Positions 48,310 through 57,855 of a DNA stretch of 64,000 bases are shown here, in pieces. Every line of letters starts with the position of its first letter. Within the stretch, counting starts at the first letter, position 1. Source of the stretch: a virus; IMG/VR virus record IMGVR_UViG_3300047564_002155, positions 96,001 through 160,000 of that record. One strand, written 5' to 3'. The notes beneath the pieces are model-generated. The model had not been told where the DNA came from. It did no database searches and saw only the letters and a program-made list of their open reading frames with translations. The position numbers and the translations under genes were made by a program.

Positions 48310-49048
48310 ATTACACTATGTTCATTTGAGTGCTGGTGGTAGGGAATGGAAACTACATCATTATTTGTCAGTTAAATCTGCATATATTCGTGGTGGGTTT
48401 GATTCTATTACCATTTGGATGGATACTGAACCAAGTGGAGATTGGTGGGATTTAACAAAACCTATGGTGAAATTAGAGTTTGTAGAACCACCTGTTGAAA
48501 TTTTCGGAAAACCCATCATACAACAAGCACACAAATCAGATGTAATTAGACTACAAGTTCTTTTGGATGAGGGTGGTGTGTATGCTGACACGGATACTAT
48601 TTTTGTAAAACCATATACCGACTTACTAAACAACAAAGTGGTTATGGGTCAACAAGGAGTAGATGGTTCTGAAGGATTGTGTCCGGCTATAATTCTTTCC
48701 GAACCAAATTCAACTTTTCTTACACGGTGGTTGATGGGATTTGAATATTCTTTTGGTGGAGGGCCTCCGGGCTCACCAACTTGGTGTACTCATTCAGTTG
48801 CATATCCCCTTTGGTTATCGCGTCAGATTGCGGATGAAATAACAATTTTAAATCATCAAGCTTTTTTCTGGCCGTTATATCACCAAGACCACATAGAAGC
48901 CCTTTTTGAAAGAAACCTTGAGTTTGAAAACGCGTACTCACATCATCTTTGGGAAAGTAGTGGTAAAAAATATTTAGATGAATTAACCATAGATAAAATT
49001 AAAACACAAAACACATCATTTCATATGATGGTTAGAAATTTGGTATGA
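48296..49048 (+). CDS. DxD glycosyltransferase (GT32/OCH1-like)
   Basis: MIPNKLHYV, HKSDVIRL...EGGVYADTD, HHLW. Confidence 0.88.
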   Translation: MIPNKLHYVHLSAGGREWKLHHYLSVKSAYIRGGFDSITIWMDTEPSGDWWDLTKPMVKLEFVEPPVEIFGKPIIQQAHKSDVIRLQVLLDEGGVYADTDTIFVKPYTDLLNNKVVMGQQGVDGSEGLCPAIILSEPNSTFLTRWLMGFEYSFGGGPPGSPTWCTHSVAYPLWLSRQIADEITILNHQAFFWPLYHQDHIEALFERNLEFENAYSHHLWESSGKKYLDELTIDKIKTQNTSFHMMVRNLV

Positions 49049-50247
49049 ATATAGTTTTATACGCGGGTGACCAAAAATACTATAAGACCCTACTACCCAT
49101 AGCTTTAGAGGTAAAACGTAGAGGTCACGATTTTTTATTTTTATATAGCGAAGAAACTCAATTAAAATACCCACACGAAAAAGAATACTTTTCTTATGAT
49201 GGTAGTTTTTCTGAAAATAAAGAATCTGTTGTATCACAAACTTTGGGTGTTGAGATACCATTTAAACCAGACATTTTAATTTTAGCCAGAGAGCGCTGGC
49301 AACCTGAACAATCAATTATTTACGAATTCAAAGAAAAATTTGGGTGTAAGATAGGATTAATTGAGGTTAGCAGCCATCTTATAAACAACATAGAAAATAG
49401 ACTTGAAATGTTGTCAAGAATGAACTATCCACAAAATATGATTGATTACTACTTTGAACACAGCGAGTTTGCAAAAGAAAGAAGAATTGATTGTATGAAT
49501 GAGAGCTATCGTGACAAAATAAAGGTAGTTGGCAATCCAAGATTCTCAAACATAAAACTAAATGGGTCTTTGGAAAAATACAATATTGATTTGGACAAAA
49601 AACAAATATTGTTTTGGGGTGTAATTAATACAACACGAGATATTTCCTTTCAGGCGTTAAAAACTTTGGTTGAAAAAACAAAATATACACATCAAGTGTT
49701 TTATAAATGTTATCCGGGAGAACCAACAAACCCAAAATTTATTAATCAATTTAATCCATTTGTAGTGGATGGGGTTCAGATAGTGTATGATGAAAGCGAT
49801 GTATTTGATATTGCTAATTTGTGTGATATACACATTGGTCAAATGAGCAGTGTATTTAATTTTGGATTTTATTTCAATAAAACAATTGTTAATTTGGACA
49901 GCGTGTGTGACGCATCTAACAAAATGAATGATATTAATACGTTCATAAATGAAACAGGAAATGGAGTAGAAGATTCCGCTAAGTTTTGGATGAATATATG
50001 GAAAATACCAACCATTGAAGACTTTAAAAAGTTTGTTGATGTTGATAGATTGCAAAAATTTAATCAAACCAATTTGATAGTTATGGACATAGTTAAACAA
50101 AACACGATTGATTTTGATTGGAATTGTGAATTTTTATCAAAACCAAAAAAAGATTACCGTGATTTAATTAAACTATTTGATGAATATGAACTTGATGGTA
50201 ACACATCAATTAGAATTTTAGATTTTTTAGAAAATGAAACTAACTGA
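49045..50247 (+). CDS. GT-B fold transferase (surface-polysaccharide / glycerophosphotransferase-like)
   Basis: VVGNPRF, YKCYPGE, CDIHIGQMSS, DGNTSIRI. Confidence 0.55.
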   Translation: MNIVLYAGDQKYYKTLLPIALEVKRRGHDFLFLYSEETQLKYPHEKEYFSYDGSFSENKESVVSQTLGVEIPFKPDILILARERWQPEQSIIYEFKEKFGCKIGLIEVSSHLINNIENRLEMLSRMNYPQNMIDYYFEHSEFAKERRIDCMNESYRDKIKVVGNPRFSNIKLNGSLEKYNIDLDKKQILFWGVINTTRDISFQALKTLVEKTKYTHQVFYKCYPGEPTNPKFINQFNPFVVDGVQIVYDESDVFDIANLCDIHIGQMSSVFNFGFYFNKTIVNLDSVCDASNKMNDINTFINETGNGVEDSAKFWMNIWKIPTIEDFKKFVDVDRLQKFNQTNLIVMDIVKQNTIDFDWNCEFLSKPKKDYRDLIKLFDEYELDGNTSIRILDFLENETN

Positions 50248-50809
50248 AGAAATATTTAATTCGTTAAGTGGTAAAGCTACCAACGGATTTAATGATGTAA
50301 AAACGTATCTTGAAATTGGTGTTAGAGAAGGTAATACGTTCTCTTTAAGAGTACCCGTTGTGAGTCAGAAATGTGTTGCGATTGATTGCTGGGATTTGTA
50401 CGAAACGCCATCTCAAAACGATATGAATCGTAATCGTGAAGAAGCAAAATATCAATATGAAAATTTAAATAAAAAGTTTTCTGATAATAATAAGGTAGAA
50501 GTTATTAGAGCATTCTCAAATGATTCTGAAATTATTTCACAATTTGGAGATGGTTACTTTGATTTAATTTTTATTGATGGAGACCATTCATATGAGGGTG
50601 TAAAGGAAGACCTCAATAACTGGTGGTCAAAATGTAATACTTTGTTTTGTGGTCACGATTATATGTTAACTGATACGATTTGGGGTGGTGTAAAATGCGG
50701 TGTAAAGCAGGCGGTTGATGAGTTTGTTAATGAAAAAAAAGAAGACATCAAAATGTTTAGGGTACATACCGAATCTACAAACCCAACTTGGTTTATTTGG
50801 AAAAAATGA
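50234..50809 (+). CDS. Class I SAM-dependent methyltransferase
   Basis: YLEIGVREG, DLIFIDGDHSYEGV..D, CGHDY. Confidence 0.9.
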   Translation: MKLTEEIFNSLSGKATNGFNDVKTYLEIGVREGNTFSLRVPVVSQKCVAIDCWDLYETPSQNDMNRNREEAKYQYENLNKKFSDNNKVEVIRAFSNDSEIISQFGDGYFDLIFIDGDHSYEGVKEDLNNWWSKCNTLFCGHDYMLTDTIWGGVKCGVKQAVDEFVNEKKEDIKMFRVHTESTNPTWFIWKK

Positions 50810-51099
50810 ATATCTACGTTGATATAGATGAAACCATTTGTTTTTATGATGGTGAAAGAAATTACGAAAATGCAATACCAAATTTGGAAAATATAAAAAA
50901 AATTCGTATATTGTATGACCAAGGACATACTATAACATATTGGAGTGCTAGAGGTAGTGTTACTGGAATAAATTGGTATGATATAACTAAAAAACAATTA
51001 GATGATTGGGGATGTAAATACCACAATTTAAGTGTGGGTGAAAAACCAGCATATGATTTATTAATATGTGATAAAACAAAACGAATAGAAGAACTTTAA
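50806..51099 (+). CDS. HAD-superfamily phosphatase (capsule-biosynthesis type)
   Basis: YVDIDETIC, WSARG, KP.YD..ICDK. Confidence 0.85.
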   Translation: MNIYVDIDETICFYDGERNYENAIPNLENIKKIRILYDQGHTITYWSARGSVTGINWYDITKKQLDDWGCKYHNLSVGEKPAYDLLICDKTKRIEEL

Positions 51100-51420
51100 A
51101 TGGAACAAACATACATCACTAAAATAAAAGATGAAAGTTGTCTAGCCGAAGGTCATCTTAAACATATTGATATTCAGTATCTAACCGAAGGTGAAGAGGT
51201 AATAGAAATCTATTCAAAAGATGAAGTTGAGCTGGTTCAAGAATATGATATTGAAAAAGATTACGCATTATATAAACCTATAAAAGAGGGAAGAAAAGTA
51301 ATACTAAAACCTTATGAATTTTTAATATTATATCCAAACGACTTACATATACCAGGACTTGCGTCTGGCAATCCGCAAGAAGTAAAAAAAGTAGTAATTA
51401 AAATACCCTACAACAAATGA
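51100..51420 (+). CDS. YhcH/YjgK/YiaL (NanQ-like) protein
   Basis: EGHLKHIDIQYL..GEE.I, YDIEKD, F.ILYPNDLHIP, KKVVIK. Confidence 0.85.
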   Translation: MEQTYITKIKDESCLAEGHLKHIDIQYLTEGEEVIEIYSKDEVELVQEYDIEKDYALYKPIKEGRKVILKPYEFLILYPNDLHIPGLASGNPQEVKKVVIKIPYNK

Positions 51421-52268
51421 AAAAAACATATATTATAGCAGAAATTGGTATCAACCACAATGGTGACCTTGATATCGCAAAGCGACTTATTGATATTGCA
51501 GCCTTATCGGGATGTGATGCTGTGAAGTTTCAAAAAAGAAATCCGGATGTTTGTGTTCCTGAACATCAAAAGGGAATTATGAGAGAAACCCCCTGGGGAA
51601 CTATGACATATCTTGATTACAAATACCGAGTTGAATTTGGTAAGGAAGAGTATGACCAAATAGATGAGTATTGTAAACAAAAAGGAATCGCCTGGTCAGC
51701 ATCGCCTTGGGATATGGATTCTCTTGAATTCTTAAATCAATATGATATTCCATTTATCAAAGTACCATCTGCAATGTTGACTAATGATGAATTGTTAGAG
51801 GGTTGTGTTGCTACGGGTAAAAAAGTTATATTTTCAACTGGTATGTCAACCCAAGAAGAAATTAATCACGCTGTGGAAGTTCTTCGTAATGCAAAGGTAA
51901 AGTATAATAACCAATATGAAATTGGATTACTACACTGCAACTCTACCTACCCAGCTCCAGTTAATGAGTTAAATTTGTCTGGCATCAAAACACTATCAGA
52001 AATGTATTCTGATTTTGAAATTGGATATTCCGGTCACGAATTTAGGTTAGGTACTTCGGTTGCTGCTGTTTATTTGGGGGCAAGTATTATTGAAAGACAC
52101 ATTACACTTGACCGAACAATGTGGGGTACTGACCATATGGCTTCGGTAGAACCTCAAGGTCTAATTAAACTGATAAAAGGAATCCGTGAACTTGAAGAAG
52201 CATATGGCGATGGTATCATCAGAGTAACCGACTCTGAAATGCCAGTTCGTAGTAAATTAAGGGGATAA
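51417..52268 (+). CDS. neuB: N-acetylneuraminate/nonulosonate synthase (NeuB family, lacking SAF domain)
   Basis: IIAEIGINHNG, DAVKFQKR, FSTGM, LHCNSTYP, GYSGHE, IERHITLD. Confidence 0.95.
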   Translation: MKKTYIIAEIGINHNGDLDIAKRLIDIAALSGCDAVKFQKRNPDVCVPEHQKGIMRETPWGTMTYLDYKYRVEFGKEEYDQIDEYCKQKGIAWSASPWDMDSLEFLNQYDIPFIKVPSAMLTNDELLEGCVATGKKVIFSTGMSTQEEINHAVEVLRNAKVKYNNQYEIGLLHCNSTYPAPVNELNLSGIKTLSEMYSDFEIGYSGHEFRLGTSVAAVYLGASIIERHITLDRTMWGTDHMASVEPQGLIKLIKGIRELEEAYGDGIIRVTDSEMPVRSKLRG

Positions 52269-53062
52269 TGTATACATCATACTTTGATTATATAGAAAAA
52301 TCAAAAATACATCAAACTGAATTTGATGTAACTAAATTTACATTAGATTTAAATGGTACAAATTTAGGTATAGAAGTACCTGACAACTATAATACTTTAG
52401 TTTCAAATATATCAAAAAATGTATTAGAAAAAATAAACAATGGTGATGTAATAGATGATAACCTTTTAGTTAAAATAAACAATATGTTGGATGTTCCTGA
52501 AGTAATAGAATTGGGAGAACATTTTGCTAAAGAACTATCAAATAAATTATACGGAACTGAAGTTGTTGTTGAACACCTACACACATATAAAAACAAAATA
52601 ACGGACCATCAAGAACAATCTTCTTGGTTATGGCACTATGATAATTGCGCAGTGGGTCAGATAAAAATTATGGTTTATCTTACACCAACTACACGAAAAA
52701 ATGGAGCGTTTTTAACATTGGTTTTTTCAGATTCATTTTTTGCATTAGATAGTACAAAAACATCACCAACATCAATATCACCACCATTGTATGAAGATAG
52801 TAGAATTCCTTTATCAGAGATAGAAGAATTAAAAGCCCAAGGGTTTTTTGAATATTATGTAGAGGGTGACTTGGGAACTTTTATTGTTTTTAGTCAAAAT
52901 ATTGCACATAAAGCAACAATTCCAATTGAAGAACCTGAAAGAATTTGTATGATATATAATTTTAGACCATATCATAAAAAATTAAACAACCACATTAGTA
53001 AAGAAGTAACCAAAGATTGGAATTTCAATGGTAATGTAAAAATATACAATTACGAATTATGA
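52268..53062 (+). CDS. 2OG-Fe(II) dioxygenase (PhyH-like)
   Basis: WHYD, IKIMVYL, NGAF, HKA, ER. Confidence 0.75.
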   Translation: MYTSYFDYIEKSKIHQTEFDVTKFTLDLNGTNLGIEVPDNYNTLVSNISKNVLEKINNGDVIDDNLLVKINNMLDVPEVIELGEHFAKELSNKLYGTEVVVEHLHTYKNKITDHQEQSSWLWHYDNCAVGQIKIMVYLTPTTRKNGAFLTLVFSDSFFALDSTKTSPTSISPPLYEDSRIPLSEIEELKAQGFFEYYVEGDLGTFIVFSQNIAHKATIPIEEPERICMIYNFRPYHKKLNNHISKEVTKDWNFNGNVKIYNYEL

Positions 53063-53613
53063 GAAAAATATTTATAGATTGTGGATACAATATGGGAGAG
53101 GTAACTTCTGATTTTAGAAATAAATTAGGAGATTCTTTTGAATATTACGCATTTGAAGCGAATCCTTACTTGTATGAAAAATACAAAAACAAACATAATT
53201 TTTTATCACTTGAAAATAAAGCTGTTTGGGTTTTTGATGGTGAGATTCCATTTTATGTTGTTGTTGTTGACCGAGCTGGTAATGATAACAAATATACCGG
53301 AGCTTCTACTTTGATAAAAGAAAAATCAAATTGGAATATGTCTATACATCAACGTGAGGAGGAAGTTATAGTAGAATGTTTTGATTTTTCAAGGTTCCTA
53401 TCAGAGAATTTTGAAAAAACAGACTACATAATTGTAAAAATGGACATAGAGGGTGCTGAATATGAAATACTTAATAAACTCGTAGAAACAAACACAGCAG
53501 ACTTTATGAATGAATTGTATGTAGAGTTTCACGATGAGAAGGTGGGATTATCAAAAGATAAAATAATTTCCGATTTAACGAATTTAAATGTAAAGGTACA
53601 CAAATGGCACTAA
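53059..53613 (+). CDS. FkbM-family methyltransferase
   Basis: FIDCGYNMG, AFEANP, VKMDIEGAEY, VEFH. Confidence 0.9.
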   Translation: MRKIFIDCGYNMGEVTSDFRNKLGDSFEYYAFEANPYLYEKYKNKHNFLSLENKAVWVFDGEIPFYVVVVDRAGNDNKYTGASTLIKEKSNWNMSIHQREEEVIVECFDFSRFLSENFEKTDYIIVKMDIEGAEYEILNKLVETNTADFMNELYVEFHDEKVGLSKDKIISDLTNLNVKVHKWH

Positions 53614-53954
53614 AATGGGATGATGGTGATTCTCTAAACGAGTTCATAAAAAATAACAAAGAAAATTTAGTAAATTTTGATACTAAAACAATAAAAACAA
53701 CCAATACCGATAAGGTTACAATATGTGAAATGACTCGTAGGATAGTTGATACTTTGGTTATTAATGACATTCACGAATCACATCCTGAAGTATTTGAGGA
53801 ATTGATGTCCCGTATAAAGTATGTATATATTTCGGCTAAAAAAATGCAAAATAGAATATCGGAGTTACGCGGAAGTTCTGATGATTTATGGGAGCAGATA
53901 GATGCCGATTATGACATATCAAATAGAATTGAACGTATTCAAAAAATAAAATGA
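53604..53954 (+). CDS. Hypothetical protein
   Basis: 116-aa ORF with overlapping start and stop. Confidence 0.6.
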   Translation: MALKWDDGDSLNEFIKNNKENLVNFDTKTIKTTNTDKVTICEMTRRIVDTLVINDIHESHPEVFEELMSRIKYVYISAKKMQNRISELRGSSDDLWEQIDADYDISNRIERIQKIK

Positions 53955-54634
53955 AATCAATATCGGATATTGTAGTTATTCTACAAGCAAGAATGAACTC
54001 CCAGCGAGTTCCTAAAAAAATGTTAAAACCATTTTTGGATTCAAACTTATTTGAAATCGCTATTAACAAACTTTTAAACTCAAAGGTAATACCAAAGGAA
54101 AACATATACGTTTCCGTATTTGAAGATGAGTTAAAGGATATAGCTAAAAAGTATGGTTTAAACATATACAATAGAAGTAAAGAATCTGCTAATAATGACA
54201 ACTCACTTCAAAAAATTTATGAATGGCATGATAAGTTACCATTCAAATACGTTATAAAAGTTAACGCATGTTCACCTTTGCTTAAAATAGAAACAATTGA
54301 TGGGTTTATTACTCAATTTATAAATCAGTCAGAAGATAATTTGTTTGGAGTTATTCCTATGAAAGATTATTTTTGGAATAAAGATGGTATGTTAGTTACA
54401 CCTTGGCCAGATGGTCAAACAATTATGAACACTAAAGCGGTAGAGATAACATATAAAGCAGCTCACGTTTTATACGCTTCTTGTTTAGATTTGATATCAC
54501 AAAATAGATTTATGGGTGATTTTCAAAAAGAGGGTGGGATAAAATTATATCCAATGGATGAGTTAGAATGTTTTGATATTGATTATGAGTGGCAATTTAA
54601 TCTAGCTCAAATTTTATATGAAAAATTTTCATAA
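53951..54634 (+). CDS. neuA: CMP-nonulosonate synthetase (NeuA family cytidylyltransferase)
   Basis: LQARMNSQRVPKKML, NACSPLL, FDIDYEWQF. Confidence 0.88.
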   Translation: MKSISDIVVILQARMNSQRVPKKMLKPFLDSNLFEIAINKLLNSKVIPKENIYVSVFEDELKDIAKKYGLNIYNRSKESANNDNSLQKIYEWHDKLPFKYVIKVNACSPLLKIETIDGFITQFINQSEDNLFGVIPMKDYFWNKDGMLVTPWPDGQTIMNTKAVEITYKAAHVLYASCLDLISQNRFMGDFQKEGGIKLYPMDELECFDIDYEWQFNLAQILYEKFS

Positions 54635-55331
54635 TATAATATATTCAAACGGAAAAATTAATTTACCTATGTTTAAATTTATAAAAGGTAATACTGATTT
54701 ATTATCGGAAAATATATCTGATAAAAAAGTTCTCGTTCTTGGTTCAGGACCATCGGCTCGTGATATTGATTGGTCAAGTTATGATTGGGATGTTTTGGTA
54801 ACTACAAGTTTTTTTTATTTAAATGACTATGTTGTATCAAAAAAACCAGTACATATAACCTTATCGGATTTAGTTGATTTAACCGACCCAAGACTTATTA
54901 ATTTTTTAGATGAGAATCCACGATGTACAATTGGATTTGAGCCAAAAGTTCATCCATTTTACGAAGGAATTGAATTTCAAAACTTTTATAAAAAATACGA
55001 ATCCAGAATGATACTTTACAATGTTTTGGGTGGTAAAGAAGGTGTTGCTGGTCGTGTTTGTTGGTTAGTTCTTGCCTGTGAACCGAAAATGTTGTATATT
55101 TGTGGTATAGATGGTATAAGTAAAGATAGAGAAAAAGACCCACAAAACTATTTTAGAGACCACATTGGTACTGCGGACCCGTATCCATATGATACTTATT
55201 GGAAATCTTTTCAAGAGTTTGGAAATAATATTTATAGATTAGGTAGAGAACTAAACGTGGATATTAAAAATCTTGGTAAAGGAAAACCCTATAATATGAT
55301 TACTAATTTGAGTGAAGAGTATGAATTATAA
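54618..55331 (+). CDS. Putative sialyl/nonulosonyl-transferase (CstII/Maf-like)
   Basis: KKVLVLGSGPSARDID ... LYICGIDG; follows neuA. Confidence 0.65.
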   Translation: MKNFHNIIYSNGKINLPMFKFIKGNTDLLSENISDKKVLVLGSGPSARDIDWSSYDWDVLVTTSFFYLNDYVVSKKPVHITLSDLVDLTDPRLINFLDENPRCTIGFEPKVHPFYEGIEFQNFYKKYESRMILYNVLGGKEGVAGRVCWLVLACEPKMLYICGIDGISKDREKDPQNYFRDHIGTADPYPYDTYWKSFQEFGNNIYRLGRELNVDIKNLGKGKPYNMITNLSEEYEL

Positions 55332-56211
55332 AGAACTAACATATGAAACCGCAGTACGCGGTGATTTTGGTAATAAAATCGCAGATGAGTGGTCAAGGTG
55401 GAAATCTTATGAAAGAAAACGAAAAGAACAATTTGACTTTCCACTTGATGAATCAGCACTAAAGATTACAAACGAAGTACACAAAAATGGATACGTTGTA
55501 GTAAAGAATTTTTTTGACAAAGACCTTTTGCAAAAACTAAACAAGGAAACGCAAAATTATATATTGGAAGGTAAGTTTCAAAAATCAATGGCCGGTGGCG
55601 GGGTTGGTCGTGAAATTGAAATACGAAACTCTAATTTATGGACAACCATTGACCAACCTCTTTTGAATGTTGAGTCTCTTTGGGATGTTGCGTTTCACGA
55701 TGATTTGGTTGTATTAGCAGCTAATTATTTCGGATGTCTGCCATATTTTGGTACCTGTAATTTAAGAAAAAGTTTTGTAAATGACTTAAAAGAAGACCAC
55801 ACGCAAATATATCACCAAGACCCAAATAGTCCTCAATTTATCAAAATGTTTTTGTATTTAAACGATGTAGATGATATGGGTGGTCCTTTTTGTATTGTGG
55901 AAGGAAGTCATAGAAATAAGTTTGAAGGTTGTTATGATAAATACCGATGGGATACTGATGAAATTAACTTAATATATGGTGAGGATAAGGTAAAATATCT
56001 TACGGCTAATGTTGGGGATTTGATTATTGCAAACACCACAGCGTTTCATAAAGGTACAAAACCATATTCTTCCGATAGAACAATGATTACATTGGATTGG
56101 GTTTTACATCCAGAATTTTTTAGTAATCCCGAATTCAAGATAAAACAAGAAAAATTTGATAAACTTCCAGATTGGAAAAAACCTGTAATGGATTATCTAA
56201 TTAAAGTATGA
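55321..56211 (+). CDS. Phytanoyl-CoA dioxygenase-like 2OG-Fe(II) enzyme
   Basis: NGYVVVKNF, YHQD, KMFLYLNDV...GPF..VEGSH, GDLII, FHKG, DR. Confidence 0.85.
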   Translation: MNYKELTYETAVRGDFGNKIADEWSRWKSYERKRKEQFDFPLDESALKITNEVHKNGYVVVKNFFDKDLLQKLNKETQNYILEGKFQKSMAGGGVGREIEIRNSNLWTTIDQPLLNVESLWDVAFHDDLVVLAANYFGCLPYFGTCNLRKSFVNDLKEDHTQIYHQDPNSPQFIKMFLYLNDVDDMGGPFCIVEGSHRNKFEGCYDKYRWDTDEINLIYGEDKVKYLTANVGDLIIANTTAFHKGTKPYSSDRTMITLDWVLHPEFFSNPEFKIKQEKFDKLPDWKKPVMDYLIKV

Positions 56212-57374
56212 ATAAAATAACATTTTGTATTCCAAGTAAATCAAATTTGAGATACTTGAAAACAGCAATTCCATCTATTAGAAAAAATGCATATCGTAAA
56301 GACCACGATATTATTGTGTTTGTAGATTCGGATGAAGATGGTACAATTGAGTGGTTAAAAGAAAACGCTGAATCTTTGGGTGTAAAATACTATGTAAATC
56401 CTAATTTGGGTAGTTCATTATATGGTATTGGTAAAGCTTATGATTATTGTATTGATAAATCAGAAACAAATATTGTAATGATTTTTCACGCAGATATGAT
56501 GTTGGGTAAGGATGCAGACTTACACGCTTTTAAACACCTAAAACCATTATCGGTTGTGTGTTCTACTCGTATTGAACCACCACTACACCCAAACGCAGGT
56601 GAAAAAATACTTGAAGATTTTGGGTTGTGGCCGGAAGAGTTTAAAGGTCAAGAATTTGATTCATATGTTGATTCTTTAATCATTCAAAACAAAAACAAAA
56701 CTACTGAAGGTGTATTTGCTCCGTGGATGGTTTACAAAGAAGACATTCAGTCAATAGGAGGTCACGACCCAATTATGCATTCGTGTAGAGAAGATTCCGA
56801 TTTGTTTAATAGATTTGTATTAAATGGTTACACATTAGTTCAGTCTTGGGACTCATTAGTGTATCATCTAACCGGCAGAGGTGCTGGTTCATTTGGAGGT
56901 GATGAAAAAAGACACGAGCAATGGAAACTTGATATGAACAATTCTACAAAAGAATTTATTCGTAAATGGGGATGTGGTGTAAAACACGATAAAATGATGA
57001 AACCGATAGTTCCACACAAATACGATATAGAATTCAAAGTCACAAACTGTCAAACCCAACACCTTCAATTATTAGAACCTTGGTGTGATAAAATGAGTGT
57101 GGATTGTTCCCAAGATGTAATCAATCAATACATTCAGTCTGAACAGCCGAACACAAAATTTGATTTGACTAAAAGGTTCAATGTGAATGGAAAATCAGAC
57201 ATTGTGGTGGAATTTGACGCATTACGACTGAATAATCAGTCATTTCAATTCATCCAAAATCTATCTGAAATTTTTGATTTTAACAACTTTGATAGTGGTG
57301 AGTACGAATTTGACATATTTAAAGTAAAGGTCAACCGTGTAAAACACTATGAAATGAGTCTTGTAAAACTATGA
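56208..57374 (+). CDS. Glycosyltransferase family 2
   Basis: ITFCIP, DSDEDGT, FHADM, IGGHD, REDSDLFNR, VYH. Confidence 0.9.
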   Translation: MNKITFCIPSKSNLRYLKTAIPSIRKNAYRKDHDIIVFVDSDEDGTIEWLKENAESLGVKYYVNPNLGSSLYGIGKAYDYCIDKSETNIVMIFHADMMLGKDADLHAFKHLKPLSVVCSTRIEPPLHPNAGEKILEDFGLWPEEFKGQEFDSYVDSLIIQNKNKTTEGVFAPWMVYKEDIQSIGGHDPIMHSCREDSDLFNRFVLNGYTLVQSWDSLVYHLTGRGAGSFGGDEKRHEQWKLDMNNSTKEFIRKWGCGVKHDKMMKPIVPHKYDIEFKVTNCQTQHLQLLEPWCDKMSVDCSQDVINQYIQSEQPNTKFDLTKRFNVNGKSDIVVEFDALRLNNQSFQFIQNLSEIFDFNNFDSGEYEFDIFKVKVNRVKHYEMSLVKL

Positions 57375-57610
57375 TGTATTACATATTGTTAAAAGAGGAT
57401 GATGTTAAAAATCCAAACTTTTCTCCGAATGTGTTGGGTGAGGTTTCGTTCAAAAACTTTTGGGCAGAGGATGGTTTCCGAGCTCTTCAACAAATGATAC
57501 AAAAGTATCCTGATAACCTTGATGAGGTAGTTATCAAAGACCAAAATAATAAATCTTATTCCATAGAACAATTCTTGGATAAACTTAATGGTTTACGAAT
57601 TATTCAGTAA
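57371..57610 (+). CDS. Hypothetical protein
   Basis: 79-aa ORF, ATGA overlap with the previous gene. Confidence 0.65.
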   Translation: MMYYILLKEDDVKNPNFSPNVLGEVSFKNFWAEDGFRALQQMIQKYPDNLDEVVIKDQNNKSYSIEQFLDKLNGLRIIQ

Positions 57611-57611
57611 A

Positions 57612-57773
57612 ATGGCAAAAATCAACATTCACCAATTAGACCGTTACACAACGGAATTTAAATCATACGAAAAAATCAATAAAAAAAATGGAAAGAATAA
57701 AAGCCAAGATGGCGAAGACCTTTTCCAATCATCGGGGAAGTCTCGTAGAAGAAGAGAGAGTAACGATTATTAA
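57612..57773 (+). CDS. Small basic hypothetical protein
   Basis: MAKINIHQLD...RRRRESNDY*; starts 1 nt after the previous stop. Confidence 0.5.
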   Translation: MAKINIHQLDRYTTEFKSYEKINKKNGKNKSQDGEDLFQSSGKSRRRRESNDY

Positions 57774-57855
57774 ATCAACTGACACCCACCATCATATTTT
57801 AGACCCATTTGATATTTTGTGGATAGTTCCACGAGAATTTATCCATACTTATTAA
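57688..57855 (+). CDS. Small hypothetical protein (SH3-like), not in the ORF track
   Basis: 55 aa, MERIKAKMAKTFSNHRGSLVEEERVTIIKSTDTHHHILDPFDILWIVPREFIHTY*, after an A-rich stretch. Confidence 0.45.
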   Translation: MERIKAKMAKTFSNHRGSLVEEERVTIIKSTDTHHHILDPFDILWIVPREFIHTY

